The translations under genes were made by a program, and so were the position numbers. Positions 12,430 through 23,961 of a DNA stretch of 64,000 bases are shown piece by piece. Origin of the DNA: Mobula birostris (lineage: Eukaryota). The notes beneath the pieces are model-generated. The model ran no database searches and was not told where the DNA came from. It saw only the letters and a list, made by a program, of their open reading frames with translations. Numbering within the stretch: position 1 is the stretch's first letter; each line of letters begins with the position of its first letter. Where the stretch lies: NCBI RefSeq assembly GCF_030028105.1, contig NC_092373.1, positions 86,615,288-86,679,287 of the forward strand, given 5' to 3'.

Positions 12430-12692
12430 CACCGAGATACAACACTGGGCGGCACGGGAGGTTGTTCCTGCCTGTGGTCATCGAACATGCAGCTCCTCCC
12501 GTGGAGGGTCAGACACCCTGAGCCAATAGACTGGTCCTGGACTTATCTTACAGCTGGCATAGTTTGCATTTTGGTGTTTGATTGTTTGTGGTTTTTGTAT
12601 TGCTATATTTACGCTCTATTCTTGGTTGGTGTGGCTATAATGCAACCCAATTTCCCTGGGGATTAATAAAGTATATCTATCTATCTATCTAT
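12430..12692 (+). mobile_element. Rex1/Babar-type LINE 3' end
   Basis: PRYNTGRHGRLFLPVVI C-terminal motif, AATAAA and (CTAT)n tail. Confidence 0.7.
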
Positions 12693-15000
12693 GAATTACG
12701 TTTCCCCGTCTCCACTTTGACGAGCGTGAGCTCCAATTCTTCAATGGTTGTCCCGGGCTCCAGCACTTGCCTCACATCATAGTCCGCCAAGGCGAATCCA
12801 AACCCTAGGCAATGATCCACATACGCCAAAACTCCAAACACCTCCACATCCCCCATGGTCTTCCTCATGCCCCACGGGAAGGTTGCAGGGGCTCCGGATA
12901 TGCCCTGTGGCATCTTTTCAGACAGAAAGAATCCTAGGGGACATATAACAGCCGACTTCTCCTTGTCGACTTCACTCATTGGGATCTGGCAACATCCACT
13001 CCTCAGATCCAGCACATTAAACCACGTTGCACCACACAAACAGACCATATCATCTTCGGCCCTCAGGGCCGTATTCTGGTCAATGACAGCGCGCCTGTTC
13101 AGAGTCCTATAATCCACACACATGCTGCCTACGCCTTCCACGACTACAGGGTCCAGTCGTCGCGACCCCTCTCTCACCGAGGTGTCTTTAGCAGTGAACT
13201 CCCTTCCCTCATGGTATTTCGGAGCGTCTACTAAGAGGGTCTCAACCTCAGATACTTCCCCCAGGCTGTACCACAATTAACTCTCGTCTAAATTCGGTAT
13301 TGGCCCAAGGCTGCTACACACATCCTCACAAGCAGCTCGAAACACTGGGTGCACAGACAATGCCCCCATGAACTCCAGTTTCACTGACCAATAATCCTCT
13401 TCTGGATAATCACTGGCACTGGTACCCCAAATCTCCAGTGCCCTTAATGTTGTCAAGGATAAATGCTTCAGAAACCGGCTGTAAAATGAACTGTACAATA
13501 ACTTGACCTGTGCCCCGGTGTCGAGCATAGCTTTAGCATAGCTTCCATCTATCCGTAACAACTCCCTCTAAGCCTTCAGGAATAGGGTCTTTTCCTTTCG
13601 GAAGTTCCTTGGTACATTGCTGGGAACATGCTCCCCGAAAGACTGCAAGCCGTTCCCCCCACTGGGCCTCCACTAAGTTTCTCGACACCTCTCTGATCAG
13701 CTGAACAAGTGAGGGAGGGGCTGATCCCCTTATATGATCCCCCTGGCACTGCAAGCAATTTAGCTGCCCCCCTAGCCAGAGAAGATACACTGAAAGCTTT
13801 TCCCCATCTCCTGACACAGGTATGGAAAGCCCCCCCAGCCGCTGCATTTTACTTCCAGTCGAACCAGATGCATTTTCCCCCGCTTTCAGATAACTGGCAG
13901 CTGTCACTATAGGGTAATTGACCCTGACAGTTCTAACAACGTCAACAGCCGCCTACTCAAACTTTCAACCAATCCCTGTCGCTCACCATCATCCGAGCAC
14001 TGCCACTCATCTGACAACTGAGAGATCTGCCCCGCCCATGTCTCGTACGTCTCCACCCCTTTAGGGGTGGACAATATCCCAAAAGCCAGGCAGAGCCTGC
14101 CATAGCTGGAACATTTATTCGCAGACACTACCTCCGAATCAGACCACTCTATCCTCTCTCTCCTAACAGTATGGACAGCCCATGGTCCCGCCTCACCCGG
14201 GGCACCAATAGACACCGGCAGTCTCACCACCAACTCGTCAGCGCTAGTCTGAACTCGAACAAAGACCTCCGGGGTACCAACAGCCACCCCACCCAACACG
14301 CATGCAGTAATAACCAGCAATCCCACAGAGACACACATTACTAACCGCAATCCCACAGAGACACAGCAGCACTGATTTATACAGGGCAATCACACAGCAC
14401 ACCACTGAATCAAATCTCAGACGAAGCCCCCAAATGTAGCCCTCTGGTAAGCCTCAGGCTCACTCAGCTCGTTCCATCTGGGGGAGCAGCCTTCGGCCCC
14501 GCCAAACTGGGTAATCAAGTTTGTGTGGATGCTGTGTGATGTACCCCACCCCGCCAAATAACAGACAGTACACCATATGCGATTAAATGATTACACCTTA
14601 TACATCTTACTGGAACTATGTAGTTAATGGAGATAAAATATAAAAGGAAAATAAAAGGTGCCAAACTTATCAAAGTTCAACCACTTTGTGCACACTGTTG
14701 GAGCTCAATTAATGGAGTCTTCTTTCCACCATTCGATCCCCTCTGGCCCCCTCGACCCGTCGCTTGGGTCCAACCATGGTGGTTGAACAGAGCGCGTCCA
14801 GCATGTCCAGGCCTTTTTGGTTCTCCTCCCCAAAACCCTGAGTCTCAGACTCCCGCTCAGGGTCAGTCCCACCACCCAGCTTACAGCATTGCATCTCCTC
14901 TCTCTGTCCCCATCCGCCTTCTGCTCCAAAGCCCGCGAAACACAATAGCTTACAGGCACACAAGAAAGAATAACATCTATCCCAATTGGTTCCCAACATG
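12693..15000 (-). mobile_element. Gypsy LTR retrotransposon with PNMA/Ma-like gag: 5' LTR, PBS, gag, protease, RT; truncated
   Basis: LTR ends ...GCTACA at 14435. Gag reads YGRLCL...TPKGVETYETWAGQISQLSDEWQCSD...LVESL; protease LDTGAQV; [28 protein letters not shown]. Confidence 0.88.
14414..14432 (-). promoter_or_regulatory. Primer-binding site, tRNA-Pro-like
   Basis: TGGGGGCTTCGTCTGAGAT two bases after the LTR end, against canonical tRNA-Pro PBS TGGGGGCTCGTCCGGGAT. Confidence 0.75.
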
Positions 15001-15290
15001 GAGAGCTTGCTGCAGATTTGACTGGGCCTAAACTCATCTGAGTTTAGAAAATCCAGAGGTGATCTTCCTGACATGTCCAGGATTAACGCAGTGCTTGACA
15101 GGGTAGATATGAAGATGACTTGTGTATCTAGAACAAGGTGATTGCTACCTCAAGATAATAGATTGGGACAGAACTGAGAAGAAATCTCTCCATTGAGAGG
15201 ATGCTGAATCCTTGGGATTTTCTGCCAAGTATGGCTGTGAAGACTCTGCTGAAACATAATTCAGGATGAATCAATAGAAATGTAAATAGT
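15000..15290 (+). mobile_element. Old CR1 3' fragment
   Basis: Degenerate match to the LE.RR.RGDL and 3' region of the other CR1 copies in the window. Confidence 0.5.
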
Positions 15291-15689
15291 GAATGAAGGA
15301 AGACACGGTTTCCTGGTGCAGGAGAGGGAGACTATAATCTCAACCATTAGTTTATGGATTGGCAGTACAAGTGGAAGGCCCATTCCTTTTGTTCTGTTTG
15401 CCCTCTCATTCCCCTCTCCACTTTCTCTACAACTGTTCAGTTGTAGTTCTATCCCAGTTCAAGCAGAAGTTCATCAACATGAAACATTGTAAATCATTTC
15501 CCTTTGCACACAGATGCTACCTAACCTACTGGTTATTTCCAACATTTACTGTTTTTGTATCGGATTTCTCCCAGGTGCACAAAGTGTATTCCTTTCAGAA
15601 AATAATTCATTCAACATAAGATCATAACAATTACAGGAAAAGGCCACTCAGCCCCTCATTCTCAAAGGTATCATGGCATCACTCCCCAT

Positions 15690-16345
15690 GCTACATTGAC
15701 GACTGCATTGGTGCCGCTTCCTGCACCCATGCGGAACTCGTTGACTTCATCAACTTTGCCTCCAACTTCCACCCTGCCCTCAAGTTTACCTAGTCTATTT
15801 CTATTTCTGACACCTCCCTCTCCTTTCTCGATCTCTCCATCTCTGTCTCCGAAGACAGCTTATCTACTGACGTTTATTATAAACTCACTGACTCTCACAG
15901 CTACCTTGACTATTCCTCTTCTCACCCAGTTACTGGTAAAAATGCCATCCCCTTCTTTCAATTCCTCCGTCTCCGCCACATCTACATCTGTTCTTACCGG
16001 TGTACAGGAGGCAACACCGGGAGCACCAGATACGGTAGATGACCCCAACAGGCTCACAGGTGAAGTGTCGCCTCACCTGGAAGGACTGTTTGGGGCCCTA
16101 AATGGTAGTGAGGGAGGTGGTGTAGGGGCAGGTGTAGAACCTGTTCCGATGCCAGGATAAGTGCCAGGAGGGAGATCAGTGAGGAGGGACGAACGGACAA
16201 GGGAATCACATAAGGAGCGATCCTTGCAGAAAACAGAAAGTAGGGGGAGGTGGGAAGGGAAGGATGTGCTTGGTAATGGGATCCCGTTGGAGATGGCAGA
16301 AGTTACAGAGATACTTGTGCTGGAAACAGAGGCTGGTGGGGTGGT
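15690..16345. mobile_element. PLE fragments with an internal inversion (plus RT ~15690-15990, minus linker/GIY-YIG ~15995-16345)
   Basis: YIDD and YYKLTDSHSYLDY.SSHP motifs on plus; the downstream part of the same family is on minus, by comparison with 32560-33370. Confidence 0.75.
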
Positions 16346-16349
16346 AGAC

Positions 16350-16706
16350 AACATCTACTGACCACTCTCATTAATCTAACACCCAGACAAAAATCTCTAT
16401 CAAGTTAGTAAGACATGACCTTCTCTGCACCAAGCCATGCTGGCTCTCTCTAATTAGGCCATGTGTATCTAAATGCTCACATTTCCTCTCCCTGAGAATT
16501 TTCTCCAGCAATTTCTCTACAACTGACCGGAGACTCACCGGCCCATAGTTCCCAGGATTTTCCTTTGATCCCTTCTTAATTAGAAGCACAAAATTAGCCA
16601 CTTATCAGTCCTTTGGGACTTTGCCTGTGGATAGAGAGAACAGGAGGATACCGGTCAAGACCCCAGTAATCTCATCTCTTGACTCCTTCAATAAACTGGG
16701 GTAATC
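16350..16706 (-). mobile_element. CR1 RT fragment
   Basis: KKGSKENPGNYGPVSL...SQHG...RSCLTNLIE; resumes briefly after 17325. Confidence 0.8.
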
Positions 16707-17325
16707 GCGCGCAGCTCTCCGGTGAAATGATATTGTATCTGTTAAATAGGGGCCGTGGACAATTCTGATCTGATGAAGACAGACGTGAGAAGCAGAGGAA
16801 CATCTGGAGAAATTTCTGAAATGCCGGTTCGCTGCTGTTGTTACTGTGCAATCGAGAATCTCCGGAGGGTCGGCCCCAAAATCGTCGGCTTTGCCTGCTG
16901 CTGGCGACCGAGGCGGAGGTCGAAACGTTCGGATAGAGATGATGCTCGGTACTCGATGTCGGAGGGCCGATCAGAGCTCGAAGTTTTCGGACGACTCAGA
17001 GTCGGACTGTGGTCGGGCATGGCAGGGAGAGTTCTCTTCCTTCTCCCGTCTGCGTGAGATGTGGGACTTTTGAGAAACTTTGAACTTTTTTACTGTGCCG
17101 CGGACTGTTCTTCATCAAGTTATGGTATTGTTTCACTGTTGTAACTGTATGTTATAATTATGTGATTTTGTTAGTTTTTCAGTCTTGGTCTGTCCTGTGT
17201 TTTTGTGATATCACACCGGAGGAATATTGTATCATTTCTTAATGCATGCATTCCTAAATGACAATAAAAGAGGGCTGTGTGTCCTCATAATCTAATAATA
17301 ATAATAATAATCTAATAATCTAATC
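16707..17325 (+). mobile_element. Non-coding retroposon (SINE-like or long LINE 3' UTR) with a (TAATC/ATA)n tail
   Basis: About 600 bp colinear with the reverse complement of 43860-44427; AATAAA before a simple-repeat tail; TAATC at both junctions. Confidence 0.75.
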
Positions 17326-18856
17326 TCATCAGGTCCTTGGGAGGAAAACAGGAAATGTACACAGCATTAAATAAAAGAATAAAAAGTCCTGGAAAACTCA
17401 GCAGGTCAAGCATCAGCTTTGGAAAGAGAAACAGATAACATTTCGGGTCTAGCATCCTCCATTAAAACTGCTGAAGAGAAATAGGTCAGTGAAAGCAGCA
17501 GAAAGGGAGGGAAAGTGCAAGTGCTTGAACAAAATAAATGTCTTTGGTAGAGCGAACTAAAATGGTTGTTTAGGGGTATTTGAACTCCTTTGTCTCTGTA
17601 ATGTTGAAGCTTGGAGACTGGAGGCAGGAGGTTTGTCTTAGAGTTGCGAGGGCCGTCCGTATATGTGGTTGGCTGAGAGGAAGGAAATGGGCTTGTTTTC
17701 TCTGTTGTTGCTTTATTGCTTGGGATGTTCTGTTTTGTTGTGCTCTGTGTTGTTCTGCCAAACATTGTGGCCATGTTATGTTGTCGCTGGAATTTAAAAT
17801 AAATCAAGGAAGCAGCTCACACTCTCACCTGAGCTTCAGGTTGAACTGCAAGCAACCAAGGAAGACAGTTGAGAAGAGAGGAGTTTCACTGGAGAATTTA
17901 TTTGGGATTTGCATGCCAATAGCTGGGGATAGTAAGATAACGTCATATCTATGCCATACTTCTCCACTTCCAGGAATGAGAACATCATAAAGCAGACCGT
18001 AATCTGAAATTGTTGAGTTCACTTCTGAGTCACAAAGACTGAAGTGTGCCTCGTCAGAAAATGAGACCATGCATTCCCTTGACCTCTTTTTTTCCTGTTG
18101 TGTTTCCTTTATAGTTATGTAATAGTTTTCTTGCCATTTCAGGAAAAGGTATTTTATTTGTCACATCTGAGCTTTCTTTAAAATCTGTAAAAAAGTACAA
18201 CTCGTCCGACCTGACTTCTCAGTGCTACAGTACATGCCGAAAGTATTGAAGAAATTTGAATGTTCAAGAGTCCTGAAATAAAGCTGTTATGTGTTGAAAA
18301 AGAGTTTATTAAAAAAATCATAGTTAAAAAGGTTCACAGCATATTGTTGTGATTTACATTAAACAAGAATGAAAAGTGAATTTGACTCTGACAACAGACT
18401 TTGCTTGAAACTACTGAACATTGTTTTCACTGTTGTACTGCCCAGTTCGAGCCACTGATAGACCTCGTGGCAAATTCCATGAGGGATCCATCTTTTTCTC
18501 TGTTCTTAGTCACACCCGGATCACAGAAGAAGCCAGCGTTGATATGTCAGTTAAACCTGGTGCCTGGTTTATTAGCATTTCATCTGTGGAGAGATCACAA
18601 ACTGCTGATTCCAGGAGGGAACCATCATTAGAAGAGAGAAGTGTGGGAACTTGAGCAATGTTTGAAATTGTAGAGAATAAGGAAGAGTGTAGGAATGTGT
18701 TCTGGTGGAGACTGAGAATGGAACGACATAGATGGTACCAGTGGTGAGGGCTTGTTATTTGCAACTGTTCAAGCTGCACAAGCGCAAATATGATGAGATG
18801 ATTGGGGACGAGAAAGGGAAACACAACACTGGACTGATAAGACAAAATTCATAAGT

Positions 18857-19278
18857 ATAAACATGAGAAAGTCTGCAGATGCTGGAAATCCAAAGCAACA
18901 CACACAAAATGCTGAGAAAGTAGGTCAGGCAATAACTACAGAAATGAATAAACTGTCGACATTTCAGGCCAAGACCCTTTTACAGGACTGAAAAGGAAGG
19001 GGGAAGATGCCAGAATAAAAAGGGTCAGGGGAGGGGAAGGTTACAGGTAAAGCCAGTGGGTAGGAAAGGTAAGCGACTGGAGAAAAAGGAATCTAATAGG
19101 AGAGGAGAGTGGACAATTGGAAAAAGGAAAGGAAGAGCAGACCCAAAAGGAAGTGACAGGAGGTGAGAAGAGGAAAGAGGCTAGAGTGGGGAACAGAAGA
19201 CGAAGGGAAAGGGAGGGAATTTTTTGTTACCAGAAGGAAAAATCAAAAGTCACACCATTAGGCTGGAGGCTACTCTCC
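18857..19278 (-). mobile_element. PLE 3' end with a decayed hammerhead; continues at ~20960-21210
   Basis: Homologous to 3660-4137; split by the ERV-like insertion. Confidence 0.8.
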
Positions 19279-19659
19279 TGTGGGGGCGTGGCTTATTCTC
19301 TTTGTCGAAAGCTGCTTCCGCCATGATTGGATGGTTTGGAAACAGCAGCTGCTTTTCCCATTGGTTGGCCACCTGGTGTCAAGTTTCAAATATCCCGGGT
19401 ATAAATTAGCACGTGGGGGAGGCTTGCTGTCTTCTCCTTTGTTTAAGGCAAGAGGTGCACATAACCATTGGGTAGATATGCTGTGCGTGCACTTTTAACT
19501 AAATATGTTTGTTGAATATTCAGCTTTGTAGTTTCTGTAACTTGGGGGAACATTGTTGTTTGGGTGAAGTTTTGCTGTTTAGAAATAAATGATTAATATA
19601 ATTATTTGCAGTCAGTGTTTTCTGTCTTGCCAGACCCGCAGACCTGATTCATGGTTACA
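19279..19659 (+). mobile_element. LTR of ERV-L-like element
   Basis: TG...CA ends (TGTGGGGGCG...GGTTACA), TATAAA at 19400, AATAAA at 19584; begins exactly where the PLE homology breaks. Confidence 0.7.
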
Positions 19660-20955
19660 TTCTTTGAGCAGCAACACATTTCTTTAAAAGGCTATTCAAA
19701 AGAGAACACCCTCCCATATGAGAGACACAGAGACCCAGGGTGGACAGGCTTCGGAAGTCTTGCTAACTTACTGATGGGTTATGGAATGCCAGTGGATTGG
19801 TCAGACCAGTTAAATTTTGCCAGGGTTGAAATGGGACATCACATTGTTTCCATATTTTAATCATTGGATTTTCTCAGGAGAAAGGATAGCAGCAGGATGC
19901 TCTCTGGCTCCTTGCAGGGATTGTAAGGAATTAGTATAAAATGAGAACATCTCTGAAGAATGAGGTCGAGGACCTCATCATTATTGATGGCCCAGACTTA
20001 AGCTGCAAAGTTAGAGGCTAAGAATATCGAGCTAGCTTGTCAGCTAATGAAGCAACAACACTTAGACACTGCCAAGCTGGTTGGCAGCCCGACCTTGTTA
20101 AGGTTTAATCTTTAATGAGGCGGGGTGATGATCCTACTCTGGGGCTGGGAGATGGAGAGTTCTGGCTAGAAGGTGAGGATGGGGAAGAGGGAATAAAGTG
20201 AAGTTCTGGAATTCCCTTTCAATGATCACGCTCTTCAATGGGTACCTGAAAGAGTAATGGCCAGGCCGGTGATCATCCGCTCCCATGCCTGCCATGGGGA
20301 GCATAGGACCGTGGCTTCTTCCTCTCAGTAGGAGGAGGGGAGGAGAATCAGCAATATGTGGGGATAGTGCAATGGCCCTTCGAGGCAACAGAGATAAGGG
20401 GATTCTCTGCGAAGAAATTGGTGAGTTCAGGGGATAGGTTCAGAGAATAGCCTGCGGAGTCTCTGGCCACATGGTTATTGAGGATATGGGATGAAGGAGG
20501 TACTAGAGTGAGCCTATCGAACAGAGAGAGAGGTGCTTTAATGAGTTTCTCATCCCAACATAACGTATCACTATGGTATTGAGTAATGGCAGCGGTTAGT
20601 TTCGGTATCCCTCTCTTAATGAATGGAATTTAAAACCTCAAGAAGAATAGAGTACAGTAGAGAGGGGCAGTAAAGTTCTATGCCAGTGGGCTCTTATTTC
20701 AGAATTATACCGTGATAGTGGTAGCCCGTCAGAGGATGTGGAATTAACTTTTAGAATGATAGGACATGTGGTGAGGGTAGCGGTGCCACCAAACAAAATG
20801 AATAGTGCTGTCTTTAATAGCACCAGCTGTTGGTCGTCCTATAAATATATTGCACAGTTTAGAGTGGGTAGAAGAGGGTGCATAAAACCTGGTAAGGAAG
20901 TTGGATAAACAGACAGGGAGTGGGAAATCCCGCATGTCCCATAATTAAGTGCTTT
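19660..20955 (+). pseudogene. Class III (ERV-L-like) retroviral gag remnant
   Basis: ~20400-20550 reads GFSAKKLVSSGDRFRE*PAESLATWLLRIWDEGGTRVSLSNRE, resembling ERV-L gag YTPKEL...YRQK.GE..WEWILRVWDNGGRNIKL; SEDVELTFRMIGHVVRVAVP follows. Confidence 0.65.
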
Positions 20956-21309
20956 TAGCTTTGCTCAAAGCTGGGAGCTCCGGATGCATAGATGACCCCA
21001 GTAGATTTACAAGTGAATTGTTGACTCACCTGGAAGGACTTCTGGGTCCTGAATGGAGGTGAGGGAGGAGGTGAATAGGCAGGTGTAGCACTTAGGCCGC
21101 CTACTTGGATAAGTGCCAGGAGGGAAATTAGTGGGAAGGGATGAACGGACTCGGGAATCACGGAGGGAGTGATCACTGCAGAAAGCAGAGAGAGGGGTGA
21201 GTGGAGGTAAAGATTTGTTTAGTGTTTAATGAACAACTCACAATTGTTACTGGCAATGCCCCGCAAGTCAAACAGCAGATGTGGAGGGAGAAGTTGAGAT
21301 CACAACTAT

Positions 21310-21485
21310 AACTGCTGCTGTCTCATAATTCCAATGAATGTACTTTGCCTGTGCAGAGTCTGCATACTCTTACTGTGAATTTGTGAATCTCCTTGGATAC
21401 TCCATTTTCTTCCACATTCCCCAAAGCTTGCATGTTTTTTTGTTAATTAGCCATGATAAATTGCCCTAAGTGTGAAAATAAGTGG
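21310..21485 (+). mobile_element. Decayed HE1/V-SINE-like SINE
   Basis: Degenerate V-domain (tgtgcagagtctgcatactct...ccacattccccaaag) and ttagccatgataaattgccctaagtgtg 3' block. Confidence 0.6.
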
Positions 21486-22755
21486 TAAAATTTATGAGAA
21501 GTTACCACAAATGATGGGTTTTGATATTTCTATAGCTGCTGAGGTCACCAGAGTATCTGCCCAGCGGAGGAATACTTTGTTCTAGTATTGACGTGGGACA
21601 TGGGAGTTGGTTCTGGTTCAGATGTGGGAAAGGCAGCACGAGTGGTGAGGTTGTCAAGGCAGCAAGAAAGGGGGATTGTGAGATTCTGGGAGTGGGACTG
21701 ACATGGCCGGAGACTGCAGAATTGTGTCGGTGAGAACGCTAATGGCTGTCTGCTGACACTGGCTGTCCACCATAAGAAGGCAAATTGCAGACATCTGACT
21801 CATTTTGTCTGTGGTGAGCTGCTGAACAGTTGCTGCAAGTGATTACGTCTGTTCCTCCAGCTGAGACTGGGCTCGTTAAACTGAGATTATCCACCGCATT
21901 GCTTCAGTAAATTTTCACAGAACTGATTCGATTGCCCGTAACTTATCCACTACATGGCTGATGAATCTCAGAGCCAACTTCAGCTGTCCTCTGTATGCTG
22001 GGTTCATTTTGTCTGGTTGTGACCTGCTGTCAGAATGTTTGGATATGTCCCAAGTGCAGAGAAAGAGACACTGAAGTGGGTCAACAGTTCACTGACTTTA
22101 ATGAGAATTGTTGTAGAATTGTTAGGCCAGCAGGACAGCTAATTAAAACTCTCAAACTGAAAGAAAAATGTCAACACCAGAGCTGAAAGCAATAGTAAAT
22201 GAATACCACTGCTTTGCAGCATCAGTGGAAATGGTAGTTCACTTTCCCAGACAAGAAGGATGGTAAGCAGTGAGCGTAACGTTTCTGTGCTGTTGCTTGG
22301 CTCAACAAGTGTACAATGAAAAGAAGGGAGTTAAATATTACAATAATGAAACAGTAATTAGCTGGAACATGCCTATTCACAACTGGAATTGCCAAACCTG
22401 TTGCGGAACCCACCTGCAGGGCCACATGGATCCCACTACAGAATTGGAGATTCTAACAGGCTTGTCTCTATCTCTACAACTTTGACTCTCTCCTGGAGAA
22501 CACAGGGACAAAGAGGTTAGAGTTGTTCCTAATAAGTGGGGCTTTCAGAATAATATGGATTGAGGGAAAGTCTGATGATTCTGATAGTGTTCTCTGGAAG
22601 GAGTGTTCTGCAGTGTGGGATTGTGGGGAATGACATTTCACCTTCTCCTTTAGATTACTCATTATAGTGTCTTTGTGTGACGGCTGCAGTCACTGCAAAC
22701 TGGGATCACCTGACGTAGGAACTTTAGTTTCAGGAAGAGACATAAGGACTGGAGA

Positions 22756-22941
22756 GGCAGAAACAAGAGAAAATCTGCAGATGCTGGAAATTGAAGTAAT
22801 ACACACAAAATGCTGGATGAACCCAGCATCTATGGAAATGAGTAAACAGTTCATGTTTCAGGCCGAGATCCAAAACATCGACTGTTTACTCCTTTCATGG
22901 ATATCACCTGGCCTGCTGAGTTCCTCCAGCATTTTGTGTGT
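22756..22941. mobile_element. Short fold-back PLE tail insertion
   Basis: Minus-strand tail joined to plus-strand tail inside the hammerhead; TSD AGGACTGGAGA at 22745-22755 and 22942-22952. Confidence 0.8.
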
Positions 22942-23019
22942 AGGACTGGAGAAAAGATGTGTCAAAGAAATGGAAATTAATAAAATTTATTAACATTTAC
23001 TTTGTTCTTTATATGAAAG

Positions 23020-23564
23020 ATAAATCCAGAAAAGGAGATGTATTGGACCCATGTGCTTGCTGATGGCTGCAGGTTAACTTTGGTCTGGAAATACAGGGAC
23101 ATCTACCTGGATACGGACATTAACACTGAAGGCAATGCTATTTGATAGCTTCACCTGTCCAAAGAGCATAAAACTTATCTGTAAAGGGGCAATGGGTTTC
23201 CATCACAATCACCATCTTTTTTTGTGGAATTGCATGGAAGATTTTGTTGCCAATGACACCGGGCACCTTTGGGGTCAACAAGGTCCTAAACTGCTCAGCC
23301 ATGTGCAGCACTGAGAAACCAAACTCCTTCACTGGGAGGAAGTGCAGCAGCGTCCCTTAATAGATCACAAATCAATTCTACCTGATCACCTTCCCAAAAT
23401 GAGAAATGCACTTTGCTCCCTGAAGAAAGGATGATGTAGAACTATGCGTGGAGCCCGTGTCTGGAACTTTATGAATATCAGCAATAAAAAATGTTGTTGC
23501 TGGAAGTGGATCATTAATGGAACATTTTTTCCAGTTGCATTGTCCAACTACAAACAAAAAATAA
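23020..23564 (+). pseudogene. A4GNT: Disabled terminal coding exon of an alpha-1,4-N-acetylglucosaminyltransferase-like (GT32, DXD) gene
   Basis: After a T-rich tract and AG (23018-23019): INPEKEMYWTHVLADGCRLTLVWKYRDIYLDTDI / LWNCMEDFVAN..GHLWGQQGPKLLS / FYLITF / VWNFMN / GSGSLMEHFFQLHCPTT. Colinear with the A4GNT C-terminal half; several frameshifts and stops. Confidence 0.85.
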
Positions 23565-23961
23565 TTCGATCTAGCAATAGCAATTCATGATTAGGGACCT
23601 GATATTATACAATGAGGGACAAAATCAAATTGACAGATTTTCCAAAATTATAGTCTAAAAATACATAAAACTCATTTGGCCACTATTGCAATACTCAATG
23701 CATTTAATTTGAAAAAGTTGGAATTCTGACAACTGTTTCAATCTGAGATTAAGGATTAGTTCATTTCTGTGCTCAGCAAATGCCTCACCACCACTGTGGC
23801 CTTGAATGTAAAAGAACTTTGATTACTACTATGGATGTACAACCATGAGAATGCATTACTACCATGGAAACATGAAAGTTAGATAAACACAGGGGTGGGA
23901 TTCATGAAGAGAGGTGATAAGTCATGTCTGGGTCTGATTCAATGGTTTGAGCTGGTGCTTT

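Noticed and set aside
12249-12430. Unassigned segment between the L1 5' end and the Rex1 tail, considered as a third captured mRNA
   Set aside because: No protein match recognised in any frame.
17790-18850. Candidate upstream exon(s) of the A4GNT-like pseudogene (acceptor-like tract near 18090-18114, LETT peptide at 18404)
   Set aside because: No CSVESAA or TPL..WY-type motifs follow; the similarity is at chance level.
21540-22000. Minus-strand coiled-coil-like reading (HVVDKLRAIESVL...SLAATVQQLTT)
   Set aside because: Interrupted by stops and has no diagnostic motif; could be a Harbinger partner-gene relic but I cannot support a call.
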